From Bigelowiella natans CCMP2755 (lineage: Eukaryota; Protista; Cercozoa): a DNA stretch of 64,000 nt. Under the pieces are notes generated by a model. The model had not been told where the DNA came from, ran no database searches, and was given only the letters and a program-made list of their open reading frames with translations. Every line of letters begins with the position of its first letter. Position 1 is the first letter of the stretch. The position numbers and the translations under genes were made by a program. Shown piece by piece: positions 51,603 to 64,000 of the stretch. Where the stretch lies: the NCBI GenBank assembly GCA_000320545.1, contig ADNK01001946.1, forward strand, positions 7,419 to 71,418, in the 5' to 3' direction.

Positions 51603-51739
51603 ATCTATCTATCTATCTCCTCTCTCATCTTCTCCTCCTTCTGGAAGATGCAGACTTTATAAATATGAATATATTAAATACAAATGCATAAATTTTATAA
51701 AATTGCACGCTTAGACGCACACCTTTTTTCCCCCCGTAG

Positions 51740-53368
51740 ATTCCAGAGACGGCTGTCGCGAAAGATTTTGAAGACTTAACTGCAAAGCTGTTAATGCGGG
51801 AGAAGAATGACCTTGTGGCCTCGAAAGCCTCTCAAGAAAGACGATTGATGCAGCCGATAACCGAAAAAGAGCTCGCTGATCTGGTCTCCTCGGAGTCGTC
51901 GGCGTCGTCATCGTCGGCGGTACCGTCTGGATGTGATGCAAGAAGAAGAAGAAGAAGAAGATACATGACACAGTGTTGTTCAAATAAAGACAAATTGCAA
52001 GAAATTCCGATATCTCACAACACTTAAGAGCCCCACTGAATAGCGTCATATTCACTATGGTGTTCCACCGCTATAATTTGTTCGTGAAAATACTAAACCT
52101 ATTGTAATCGTCCCTCTCCCCCCCCCCCCCCCCCACCCTTCTCGGCAGGGCCAGCAAAGTTTCGCCCCCTCGGACGTGGAGGAGGCGGTGGGCTGGGATC
52201 GAAGTGCAAGGAAAACCAACCGAAATAACTCGACGAAGAGAGGGAGAATATCGGCGTCAAACCACTCCGCCTCTGACGAAGAAGGTTCATACCAAGAGAT
52301 GTGCCCTTTAGCCCTTGCAGACGGGTCTACGGATAAGTTCCTGCACACTCCGACGATGATGGTAGTTGCAATAAGCAGCAGTAGTATCTCTTGCTCACGT
52401 TAATATTATTCTAACGCTGATGAGGTCAAACCGCACGCGCGCGCGCGCTGGTTTTGTGATACGCACAGGTAGTTACGAAGGATGGCGATATTGTCGGCCG
52501 ATATGACCCGAGGTGAGGCATCAGCTGCACCGACGATTTTTTTATGCTTGCTGTAGCTCGAGAAAGGGAATTGTTAGGGTGTATATGTGGTGGGGGGGGG
52601 GGGGGGGAGGAGGGGAGGGTCTTTCACATGTCTCTGGATTTCGCAGCATCACTTGCTAAAAGTGATGGAAAGTCGTCAATCTCTCACCCTTGGTTTAGAT
52701 TCAACATTGCCGTGGATCCAACCAAACCGATGCCCACAGTGGACGAAATCATGGAGGATGCAAGGAGAGTCGAAGATGGAGGTGTGCGAGAAGTTGGGGG
52801 AGAGGGGGGGGGGGTGGCTAGCGGGTGAAGCGAGGATGCTCATGTTGGCGTAACCCTCACAACTTGACGTCACAAAAATATATTGTGTAGATACTGCTTG
52901 ATATAGTTTGCACCTGCACTTATCCCCCAAGCCATGTAAACATTGTAAATCTCCCCAAAAGGTGATACGAAAAAACTCATATACCTTTCCCACCCCCCGC
53001 CCCGCGCTCCCCCCTCGCCAGATATCGAGGACGGCTTGCTTCATCAGTATGGATCTTTCCACTCTCCCTCCCACCACCAGCACGCCTTCTCTTACACCAA
53101 ACACGATAGCAGCGAAAGCAGCTGCAGTAGTACTGGAGGGGGGGGGGCAGTGAGAAGGGCGCAGAAGAAGCGTGCGCTAGCAAGAAACACCGCCCAGAAA
53201 TCTAAGAAACGAATAAATCGCTCAGCAGCTCGCCATAGCCACAGCAGGGGAGACATGGAGAACTTGCTGGTTCCAGTTGTTTCCTCGAAGAAAACCAGCA
53301 GAAAGACGAGGAGAAAGAACAGCGTTCCACGCGCCTCGCGAGACAAGAGAAAGTTCAGCGAGCGCTGA
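51740..53368 (+). CDS. Hypothetical multi-exon gene with basic C-terminus
   Basis: AG/GT-bounded exons IPETAVAKDFEDL..., FNIAVDPTKPMPTVDEIMEDARR, final K/R-rich exon ending at 53368; 5' end unresolved. Confidence 0.45.
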
Positions 53369-54094
53369 CGTTGCTCTATGATACTACAAGATGAGAAATG
53401 AGGAGAAACGTTACCAATTCCAATGGTGTCGCATATGGCGTTGTAGATGTGCAATGAAGCCTATACATGTACATCATATTGAGCATATGCGGCAGCAGGG
53501 TTGTGACGTAGCTGCATGCATATTCATGACAGTGAATACTTTTCGGACATGTTGAGGCGTTGTCGCAAGTGTAAGCAATGCAAGCGTACATCGCATACCT
53601 CGCTATGTTAATGAATGATAGCGAGATAAAACAAAATGTGCGCTTTCTATAGTCAGTTCTCTTTGCTCATTATATCATGCATGGCACACTATAACACGAT
53701 GGTATATACGCATACCATTACGATCCCGCCACTGCACAATGCAAGGAACGCCCCACGTACGCATGTATATATACTACGTCCGAATAACCCACCTGCCTAT
53801 CGCTATGATGTCAGCGCATGCAGGCATGATAACCAGATCGTAGCGCCTCGAGAGTGATAATACTAACTTGCTTAGGACACGACATGCTAGCATGTCATCT
53901 AGTAGTAGTAGAGCGTTCATAATATCACAAACAGTATAGCAATTACGGCATTGCTGTCACTAACAATGCAAAGTGAAGCTACTGGTGATATGTACTAGGT
54001 CAACGACGCACGCAAGCGTTGCGGCTTATGTACGTCGACCATGCATGGCTCTCCAAAACCCATCTCTTAATGGTAGGCTACCTGCTAAAATTAG

Positions 54095-55955
54095 CTACTT
54101 TAACTGTACATGGAACGCACGGAAATTTCCAGATCTGGCGAAGTTCAATAGTGCCGTATCGTCGTCCAATTGCAGCATGTCCCCATCACGTGTCTCCCAC
54201 AGCAACTTCATCTTCTCAGGAATGAGGCCCTCGCGGCGAGAGAGGGTTTCTTTGAGCCTGGCGACTGTGTGCACGTTCGCAAGCGTCGATTCGGGAACCC
54301 AAGTTCGGCTGGTCGCAAAGAACACTTGGAGCTTTGGAAGGTATTTCACCTTTCTCATCACGAGATCGAACGAGGCTCCGGCTTCCGCACGGAGCTCAGC
54401 CTGCAGCTTTGCCTTGTCGTTGGGTAGAGCGAGGCGACGGGGGGCGGGGGCGGGGGCGGGGGCGGGGGCAGGGGCGTTATTGCTGGCCTCTTGTGTCGCG
54501 AGGCTCGTCTTAGAAATCGATTCTTTTGTTGTTGCAGAGTTTTCAGGCCGTTCCGCACTATTGCCCGGTGCTCCAGCTGTCTCATGCCTGTTCCCCTGTT
54601 TTTCCTCATCCCCTTTCTCCTTGCCCTTCCGCGGCGCTGGAGAGGGAGATGATAGAAACAAGACCTGGGCGGACGGGTCTACCCCCATTTCCTCCTCCAC
54701 GGCCTCTTTGAGATCTGCAACCGTCGCCCCAGGATCGAGCGTGATCTTCGTTCGCTCCCCGGAAGCAAGCCGCACAAACACATGGTACTGATTCTTGGTC
54801 TCTCCCTCCACGCTGGCAGGGTTCAAACGCGTAATCAGTTTTCAAGCGGAATGCCGATGATGGCGACAGCGTGTGGTTTTGTCAATTCATGTGCGCTTCC
54901 ACCGATGCCCGCATTGCAGAGGCACCAAAGATGGAGTGCTGCGAGCAACTAACAGCGACATGTAGAATAGTACCTTTCCGGCCTGCCAACTGAGCGCTGG
55001 ATGGCGTCAAGCATACCACGCATTGCGTTCGCGGGAAGCTTCTGCGACCGAAGAAACCCCCAAACGGCGGTGCAGTCGAAGACCTTCCTTTTTGATTCGC
55101 TCACTCGTTTCGCAAGCGTTCTGTGTGAGTGGGGAATTACAACGGGAAGGAGGGGGGGGGGGGGGCGTGGTGTGGAATGTAAGATGGGTCTAGATTGACG
55201 GGTGGCTCCTTCATTAGTTAAGGACGGAGCAGGCCGGTGTGGATCATGCCACCAGATGCATGCTGCATAGCAGCAATGAGATCATCATGAAGCGACACAC
55301 CTGAGAGTCTTAATTGCTAGATCTTCGTCCTGCAAGCAGCGCGGTTGGGAGGCGAGGCGGGATAACACCCCACGAATGGCTCCTTCTGTTAGACCGCTGC
55401 CTTCAGAAACCCCGAGCAACGACAGCAGCCTGTGTGAGACAGAAAAAGGGGGGTAGAGAAGGCACCAGGTGAGGGACGATGCGAGCATAGTATTGCCTGA
55501 AGCAACGATGAGAAATATTGGCGAAGGGCGGCGAATTTTCCGTTTGTTGGCCCAAAGGGAGGTCAATCTGGCGTCACAAAGTGCCTCTCGGTGAGAAACA
55601 CGGACTGTGCGCCGACCTGAACGAGTCATCGTGCTTTAATCTTTGTGCCTTGGTGTAGTCGGATGTTGGCTTCAGAATGAATACCTCGCCTTTGTGTTCC
55701 ATCTGAGAGCGGTAAAACTCATCGCATATTCAAAAAAGCTAAAAATATTCAATATTGTATACAAACGATGGAAAGGGGGAGGGGGGGTATATCAGACAAG
55801 GGAGAATTCGATATAATGCATTACCTTCAGATATAGACAATTTGGAAGAAGGTTGCCGAAGCTAAATTTTTTAAATCATAACACACAGATTTGACAAATT
55901 GGCCTCAGATTGGACAATTTGCATTTTTTTACAGAGCTTATGAATACACGCACGC

Positions 55956-56020
<65 letters not shown>

Positions 56021-56606
56021 TGTGAGTCAAAACTCACACCTCCAACTGGGTGGAACCGGTTGGTGAAGCCTAATACGACTAGGCGAGTGAGTTTTTACCG
56101 GAAGGGAGGAGAGAGGGAGGATGGAGAACGAAGAGGGCGGAGAGGAAAAAAATAGGAGGAGGGGGAAAGTCTGTTGGCCAGCAGTCTCAGAACACATGCT
56201 ACCGATCAAAAAGAAGCTGGTCCCAATCTGGTATTCTAGTCTTTTTGTATAACATCTTCTTAAGTCCGTGCACCGTGCCGTCATCCCTTTTGGGGTCACT
56301 TTCAAGCTCATATATCGTTTCACCATACTGTACCTTGAGTTCCACAGTGGGGCTCTTTGACAACATGCAACGGACGCGAATCGGTTCCGGGCTCTCGTCT
56401 TGTAAATCGTAGTCGCAGATAGACCGCTCATCAGCGAGTATCTTTCTATGATAGTACATTCTTTGCCGCTCGACGGGTATAGCTACACTCTTTTCCTCGT
56501 TCGCGCGCTCGTAGAGCTGTTTCAGACGATAAATTGTGTCGTACTTGCCGATGGTAATCCAAGTTTCATCCATTCTCATATTAAGCACCCGTAAACGCAG
56601 CGACAT
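54095..56606 (-). CDS. Protein with multiple ubiquitin-like domains (probably one spliced gene)
   Basis: Ubl signatures in 56199-56606 (DTIYRLKQL...IPVERQRMYY...LADERSICDYDL; TVHGLKKML...IPDWDQLL) and 54095-54812 (VFVRLASGE...ATVADLKEAVEEEMGVDPSAQVL; TVARLKETLSRREGLIPEKMKL); linking exons only partly resolved. Confidence 0.65.
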
Positions 56607-56927
56607 GCCCCTCTAGCTTCAATGAAGCCCACCCCTTTTCTCTTCCGCTGATACTGATTTATGACTGATCTCAGAAAGGTCGCCGTTGCAAGACAATAAC
56701 CGACGATACGATCATCCCCGCCATTCAAGAACTGCGACATGGGGAAGAAATCGCGAAATTTGAAATTTTAGGCGAAGTTTTTCACAGGTTAATTTACCAG
56801 CGCGACAATAAAAAGTAGCCCATAAAAATTCAGAAATGGCTGGTACAGCAGATTGATTTTGGCTGCAGATAAATATCATCGCACAGCCCTCCGAGCGCCG
56901 CGTCGTCGAGTCGAGTCAACAACAATA

Positions 56928-58179
56928 ATGGCGGAGAAGAAAGGTTGCTAGTCCCGCGCCTGCGGATCACGCACGGAGTGGGGAAAGCCTACCTTCGCTT
57001 GCATAGATGAAACATCAGCTTCCGCACTCGCTGGCTGCGGCCAAAACCATTTATGGGGGAGAACTCGGAGCATCCGGCGTTTAAAAAAAAAATGAGCATC
57101 ACCTTCACCGTATTCACCTCCCAGAATTTCTACCACCCCACGAGTGGGTCAATGTCGATAGTGGGTATGCGCCTTTTGCTGAATATTCACATAACAACAC
57201 CGCAGAAGTGCAAGTGAAATATTGGGGAGGATTCACCGGGCGCGCAGAGCCTGTCATGGTATGCGTTGAGAATATGATGCAATTTAAACCCACTGGTGGA
57301 GACGTTCATAGTTAATGTTTGGCTCAGATGATTCTCGAGGAGGCAAAGCAGCCCTGGAAATGGGATAAGCAAACCGGCGCAACTTGGACGGTACGATTAC
57401 ATCCCCGCACCCTGCGTATACAGCAACGGTAGAAGGAAAGCTGAGATGCGCCCTTTGAAAATAAGGAATTTAAAAACAAGACTGCCTCCCCAGTGTTCGC
57501 TCTTCCGACTATCACCATGGGGAACACTGTCCTAAGCCAGGTTCGCTAATGCTGCTATATTGATACTGCGCATAGCATTGCATGCTAGGCCTGGCATTCT
57601 CATTGTTGCATGAATTGGCATGCTCACTCGTGGGAGGGGAGGGTCTAAGCCGTTTCGAAAACTGCCAAGCTCTCCTCCCTCTTTCGTTCTCCGTTCGTTG
57701 TCTAAGCTCTGAATGGATCCCTACCATGCGTCATTTGTAAGACCACGGCGATCTGTGCGAAGCTGGGAAAAGACTTTGGGCTCTATCCTGAGGCGAAGGA
57801 TGAATTCACGGTATGGTCCGTAGCTCTCAACATCGCTGATCTCTGGGCCGAAGCATACAAAGGGCGCAAGGGGGGGGCCGAGGCGAGCAAGAGTTTCCTC
57901 GATGGCCGGCTAAAGCCCTGGCTTCAAGTGCTAGCCAAAGGGGTCGGCTCTGAGGGGCAGTTCTCCTGTGGATACAAGGATCCAACTTACGTGGACTTCT
58001 TGTTCCTCAATGCGATCAGAACTGTCGATTTCATGTTCGGAAAGGCCTTCACCGACGTGTTTGCTGAGTTCAACGGCCTCGTCAAGCTGCGGGAGGCCAT
58101 GGAGCAGAGGGAAGGAGTCAAATCGTACTATAAAAAGGTCACGGACCCTGTGCTTTATGGGGGCGTGAAAGCTGCTTGA
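56928..58179 (+). CDS. Glutathione S-transferase (multi-exon)
   Basis: Spliced MAEKK-EVQVKYWGGFTGRAEPVMMILEEA, VFALPTITMGNTVLSQ-TTAICAKLG, C-domain PTYVDFLF. Confidence 0.85.
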
Positions 58180-58279
58180 GGAGCTTGCTAGGATTGTAGT
58201 TATGGTTTTATTGATTAGATGTAAGTTTGGTGATGATATTAATCAAGGAGTTTGATCTCGTCCAAGTCAACAACATGCA

Positions 58280-59340
58280 GTGAGACGGATGTAATGAATC
58301 AAGTTAAATTTTGTTCAATGGTCATCCTCATGTAGCTGTGCAACGCATATACGCAGCGGCTACAGCGCTAATGTTAAATCTGCTAGTCTCCGCCGCCATG
58401 GTGTGTTTCATGCAATCAAAATGCAGTAGCTACGATACAAATAAAGTGTGTCAACGCCAGCCCGTAATCCTTGCATGCGGTGCATGCTACAAGCTGCAAC
58501 CCGTGCGCGCGCCAACACGTGGCCGGCGAGCTGGTCGTAAGCCTGCATACGCGGCAGCTAGTTGTGTGCTTCACGTTGCATGGTAGTCGCCACGTACACA
58601 TGCACAAATAAATTATAATTATATATAATAATAGGCATGTACGTGGCGCGGCATGGCAACCGTACGTACCAGGCAGGCACCCTGCTACCAGCCTGCTTTA
58701 GTGCTAGCTAGCTAGGCTTGTGTACTCATATCGTCTGTGCATGCAGTGGCTGGTGGCTGCACTTACTTACACGCTGTACGTCGCACTATTACACATGTGC
58801 GGCAGAGCACAGCGCTGTAGCTAGCTAGCTAGCTGCTAGCAGCCGCTGCATTGTACGTGCATGCTTAGCAGCTAAACAAGGATGCGCTATAACTATTGAA
58901 CGTCATTTAATTGATCAATTATACAATTACACCCGCCTAGCTTGTTTGCTACGCGTACAGCTAGCGTAGCTGCATGCATCCATGCATGCGCGCATGTGCA
59001 TGTTCATATGATATGCACGCGCCAATGACACAGGCCGGCGTGGAACAACTACAACAAGATATTAGCCCGCATCAGCATGCGCATGCTGCCGTAGTGCGTG
59101 CTGCAGCTTGTTGTCTTAATTAATGTGTGACACAGAGATAGAGAAGCGATCACCACTAGACCATCGAGCCGCATCACATGCATGCATGTATACGGGATGG
59201 CCCATGCACTTGTAGCAGACTTCTTGAGTCCAGCATTGACTTGCTCGTGCAGCAAATGGACAGTGCTAGAGTGCGCGCAATATATCCGTCGCAGCATCAA
59301 ATAAACACTGTGCAGACAACCACAAATGCGGAGGAAGCAA
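58280..59340. other. Palindromic-tetramer intergenic tract between convergent GST and EF-hand genes, TpA largely retained
   Basis: Dense gctagctagct, catg, tgca, gtac, cgcg; many TA in non-CTAG contexts remain. Confidence 0.7.
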
Positions 59341-59564
59341 AGAAATTTTCACTTAATTTCTGTTTTAACCGTCACACTTTGTTCTGTCTTCAAATAACGT
59401 GCTAATCGACCAAAACTTGGGGCGAGGAGGGGAGTGAGGGAATATAAGCAAGGGTCTCTACTCTAAAACTAAATTGTACGTCGTGATTGCCTCCGCCTTT
59501 CCTACAGCACTCAACCCTCCTATGGTATTTATCCGCAGGCTGGTCGTTGTGCGCACAGAATCTC

Positions 59565-59709
59565 CTAGATGTCCCAATCCTCTTTCTCCTTCACTTCAGT
59601 GATAGGGAAGAGAATCGTTTCCACGGTCATGATGTTCTTCTTGAAGCGCGACTTTTTAGCCTTCATTGCGTTGCGGTCACCCATGAGTACAACCAATTTC
59701 GACCTGTTG

Positions 59710-59784
<75 letters not shown>

Positions 59785-60023
59785 GAGGGGGAGAGAGAGA
59801 AGAGGGATTTGCAAAATGCCAAACATGATTTAAAATGGATCCCAAATACAGGGCAGATAAACACCACCAACCCCTCCCCGATCCCCCTCACACAGATATG
59901 TACATTTTGTTCCACTTACAAAAGCAAACACACTTAAGACGCATCCTACTGCCAAAGCACACAAACCCCATCTCCTTTCAACGATTGCTCACTACCATCT
60001 CGCATCATCACTATCATCGTCGT

Positions 60024-60064
<41 letters not shown>

Positions 60065-61331
60065 GCATAGCTATCATCGGCGGTCTCACTTCCACTGCAC
60101 GAAGTTGTGCGAGCACTCTGCCACTGCAATCATGTCCTTCACGTCGTCCTTGTGGACCTCCCCCGTTTGTCCGGGGTCTTGGATGATAAACAGCAGGTTG
60201 AGCTTTCGGATGGCCGGCGCTCGTAATACCGAGAGACACGCCATTGCCAGCATGTGAGCGGGGGCGCGCTTCCCATTGCCAACTTTGAACGTGTCAAATA
60301 TCTCCCTGGCGTTCTTGACGTTAGCGCCTTCCACGCCGTACGAGTCGCAGAACTGCTTGAACGTGACCATGCCGAGCTCGTCGCGCACGGCGTGCACGCA
60401 TTTGTAGTAGGACTCCTCCAGCGTGAAGAGGTTAAGCTGCAGCTCCTGCGTAAACGAGAAGAAGACATTTCGGAGACGCGGGATCTCCTTGCGCTCGTGG
60501 TTGGTAACCGGGGTTCCATACTTGTTGTCGATACGCTCCCGGCGGGTTTGGTTCTTTTCCATCTCGATGTCGGTCATCTTCACCACCTTCACCTTGCCCG
60601 CAGAAGGCCGCTTGACCTCTATGGCCTCCGAGAGGTGCTTCGTATCGACAGCCTTCGCTCCCTTCAGCGTCCGTTTCACGCGCCTGTTGTGCGGCACATT
60701 GAACTCCGTGCCGGCGGGTACTGAAATGGGGGGAACGGTGGAGGGTGAGCGACAGCAGTGCGGATAGAGAGGCGTACAAAAATAACGGGTGGGGAAAACG
60801 CGAGGGTGGCTATGTGTGTTTGCGTGAGTGTGCGGAACGGAATTAGAAACGTGAAGATTATTGTTGGGAGAAGCAGACGTGTGGAAGAATGGAGATTAGA
60901 AGGGGAAGCATACATACCAGGGATTGATGAGTAATGCTCCCTTGGAATGCCAATAAGCTTTGTATACACGAACTCTCGGAACTCAGGCAGAGATATTTGG
61001 CCATCACCATCTTCGTCCACAGCCCTGACCATACGCTCGATATCGAGATCGGTCACTGCGCGCTTTGCCGCTCTCAGGGTTTTGATGAGGTCTTTGCTGC
61101 CTATGTAGCTATTGCCGTCGCAATCTATTTGGCTGAAAGCGCGGAGAATCGACGCCTCGCTGATTCCCTTTCCCTTGAGGGGAGGGCCGATTTTGTTGAA
61201 GACTACTCTATCATCATCGTCGCCCCGGTTTCCACGTGCAATCGCCACAAGCTGGGCACTCTGCGGGGTTATGTGAAGAGGCAAGAGAAGAAATAAGTAT
61301 CGACGAATTCTAAAGTTTTGGAGTTGGCGTC

Positions 61332-61363
<32 letters not shown>

Positions 61364-61815
61364 TTATTTATACACTGGTATTACCCCCGAGTGTGAGCTA
61401 GAACCCGGTCTCTGCTCGGAGGAGTTTTCAGAGTACTGCCTGTCAATTTGCAATAAAAGAGAACATCAGCCCCTCTTCTGTTAATGCTGGAGCATGAAAA
61501 CACGCGCCGTTCAAGTTAAGTAAAAGGCTTCGAATGGCATGCATACTGTGGATAATCCTTTGAACTGGCGGAGTGCATCTCATCCGAGTGGCGGCTTCCT
61601 CGCTTATCCTGTGCAGTGCGGGAAGATGATCCGTTGTTGGAATATATACGAGGCCCGGGCCCATTCCCACTCGAATCGGACGATGAAGTCTCCGAGTCCG
61701 TTGTAATATCACTTCTTGGCATCGTCGAAGCCTGTTGATCTACTTAGAAGTGGAGGTCACAACTACGCTCCCCGTCTTCGCCTGATAATGTTCCAGTCCT
61801 GGTGGTGTACATCAT
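59565..61815 (-). CDS. EF-hand calcium-binding protein (calmodulin/calcineurin-B-like, multi-exon)
   Basis: AFSQIDCDGNSYIGSKDL, VDEDGDGQISLPEF, KLNLLFIIQDPGQTGEVHKDDVKDMI; start tentative. Confidence 0.8.
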
Positions 61816-62506
61816 ATCAATGCATATCATGAGCGATCCATTTCAGTGAAGGACATGCTTCTCTTCGGCGTATTTCAGAAAGCCAGAGATGAAAAGCAAA
61901 TTCGAACTTTGCAAAACATACAAAACACGGCCGTCGCTTCAGCTGCAACCGTTGCTTGCACAACCATACAACGTGCACGAATCCTTCAGGTATGGAAGGG
62001 CATCGAGGGGCACCCTTTGATCTCACCTCCCTACTTTGGAATGTCGATGAGGAGGATGGGCAGGAGGAGAAGTTTCGGTAATGCGACATCACACCATCGT
62101 TGTCGCATATTATAAACGCCATTAGAATCATCGATTGTTAATTAATTGCAGTCGCTTTGCAGCATTCGAAACCGCATGGAGATGGTGACAGGGGATATTT
62201 AGATAAAGTTGGTATTGTAGCTTGTCGTAAATCTGGTATATAATACAATCCTAAAGTTAGAAATAATTGTCGAAACTAAAGAAATGCCATGATAATAAAC
62301 CTCTGCGACAACGAAAAATAGTGTTTTTAAGACACAGATCCGAAAATTCATTTCACCGTTGATCACAGCCCCGCACGATGGACCCCCCTCTCGCTCCACC
62401 AAGTGGGAACGTAATACCGGCATGCGTACATTAACTCAGGAGAACCCGATTGATATTTTTCTGCAATCAGGAAGGGGATATCACCGGGACTAAAGGAGCG
62501 GCAACC

Positions 62507-63126
62507 ATGTCTGATGAAAGGGGGGGGGGGAGGCCCGACCCCAATCAGCACTCTTCTTCTTCAGAGCCTTCCGAGGTAGGAGCACAGGCCTCGACGGGTG
62601 TCGATAATCTAATCACATTCAACGCAATTGTAATGCGATCCAGAATAAGAACGAGGGGACGGAATCGGAAGCGACTTGGAAGCAAAGATACCACAGCGCG
62701 CAGTATTGGTGACTACTCAAAAAACCATATTTCTCCGATAAAAAAAAACAACAGATCAGGAAAGTAATGTTGATTGGGATTCCACCAACGCGCGCACACG
62801 CTTTCATGGAAATCAAGACCTTGCGACTATGCTCTCTGCCAATCCTTTGCATGTGAGAATCAATCATCCATTTGCTTTCCCGGTCGCCATTCTAGGGATT
62901 CTCGCTATGAAGGGTGTAGCGAGGGCAGCTTTGACTGGTATACGGACTATGCGGCATAGCGGTAGTAATACTATAGCATCAAGTTGCTATATTACCATAC
63001 ATAGCTACTACAAGGGTGATGCCCCAATCCTCCTCTCGATATGGCAATAGCAGATTAATAGAGTGAAAACAAGGAGGTATAGTGATTGAGGTGGAATGGC
63101 GACGGCAGTGCATACATGAAACCACA

Positions 63127-63183
<57 letters not shown>

Positions 63184-63704
63184 ACACACGCACGCACACA
63201 ACCTTGTTTGGGGGTTCAATCAACGACGCCTCATTGAAAGAAGTAGTGCGGGCAAATAATAATCTGAAGGAGCCTGTTAGCATCGAAAGCTCGAGAGGAG
63301 GATGATGCCCCTCCCCCCTTCTCCTGATCTCCTCTCTACATTTTTTTTAAATCTGACAGCCTCTGTTTCGCTACTATTTGCGGGAGGATTCGACTGTTCT
63401 CAACGTTGGTTGTGGAAACTCAGCCGTTTCTGAGGACCTAGGTAAAAAAAGAGGGAGAGAGAGAAGAAGAAGAGAAAGTGGGAGGGGGGGGGAGAGGTTG
63501 TGAAGATATGCTGAAATTTTTGAAAGGGCGAAATCAGTCTTACCTCCTCAGTACTACCATTGTTCCCACCACGCACTCGTAGCAATGGCAGGATACCCAA
63601 ACGTCACTAGCATAGACATCTCCGCAAAGTGCGTGGAGCTCATGGAGAAGGTCCAAGAACCGGGTTGGCGTGAGAAGAGAGGAGGGCAAGAAGGAATGGG
63701 AGAA

Positions 63705-63745
<41 letters not shown>

Positions 63746-64000
63746 GTGGTAAAGGGGTGGGGGGGGGGGGGGGGAGAACGGCCCCCTCCCCAAACAGCCC
63801 GGCTGCTGCTCCCCCCAATGATGATCCAAACCCCTACAATTTTCTTCCCCTTTAGCTGAATTGCCCCCGGGGGGCTCCCCCTTCCACCAGCTCTCCAAAC
63901 TTTCGGGTGGCGATTGGCGACCGCTGTGCCAAATTGATGCGAACGTATTCCTTCCAAATCTGATCCAGCGACCATTAACAAAAGCCGGCCTCCCCTCCCC
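62507..64000 (+). CDS. Class I SAM methyltransferase, METTL13/EEF1AKMT4-like (3' truncated by window)
   Basis: Spliced YHSAQYW-DSRYEGCSEGSFDWYTDYA, TVLNVGCGNSAVSEDL (motif I), GYPNVTSIDISAKCVELM. Confidence 0.8.

Larger units (their letters stand above)
13330..63780. repeat. Very dense intronic microsatellites: (AT)n, (CT)n/(GA)n, (CA)n/(GT)n, (GAT)n, (CAG)n, poly-C/G
   Basis: Dozens of tracts, e.g. 13345-13390, 14367-14421, 17275-17348, 45330-45450, 46505-46666; often compound. Confidence 0.95.

Noticed and set aside
53973-54791. 272-aa plus-strand ORF (likewise 60254-60724, 25728-26111, 15035-15418)
   Set aside because: Antisense shadows of real coding exons on the other strand.
14367-63200. 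Many ORFs with [16 protein letters not shown], poly-H/M/S runs
   Set aside because: These are translations of intronic microsatellites.
1-64000. CRISPR arrays, rRNA/tRNA genes, transposase/RT/integrase or viral hallmark genes, telomeric repeats
   Set aside because: None recognisable by eye; degraded copies inside the mutated tracts cannot be excluded without a search.

Overview
Intron-rich eukaryotic nuclear DNA from a protist, probably photosynthetic with a complex plastid: the Rieske oxygenase has a signal+transit-like presequence. A chlorarachniophyte-like host is plausible, but that is inference only. Most entries in the ORF track are artefacts of microsatellites or single exons. Splicing exons by eye gives about 17 genes: kelch-repeat protein (partial), a highly fragmented PI3K/PI4K-like kinase, a mitochondrial-carrier pseudogene, a PAO/Tic55-type Rieske oxygenase, a C11orf54/DUF1907 hydrolase, two intronless secretory genes, a nucleoside phosphorylase lacking its 5' part next to an aminopeptidase P lacking its 3' part, an M48 peptidase with two TM2 domains, a TauD dioxygenase, a multi-ubiquitin-like protein, a GST, an EF-hand protein, a METTL13/EEF1AKMT4-like methyltransferase and several hypotheticals. 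The most striking signal is non-coding. Several 0.3-1.3 kb intergenic tracts, mostly at gene 3' ends, have lost almost all TpA except in CTAG (and partly TAG/CTA), gained TG/CA, and kept CpG. A Tc1/pogo-type MITE whose TA target duplication reads TA on one side and TG on the other, and a tandem repeat whose copies swap CA and TG, support a localized TpA->TpG/CpA (A->G) hypermutation process, a mirror image of fungal RIP. Exon boundaries and counts were made by hand and are approximate.
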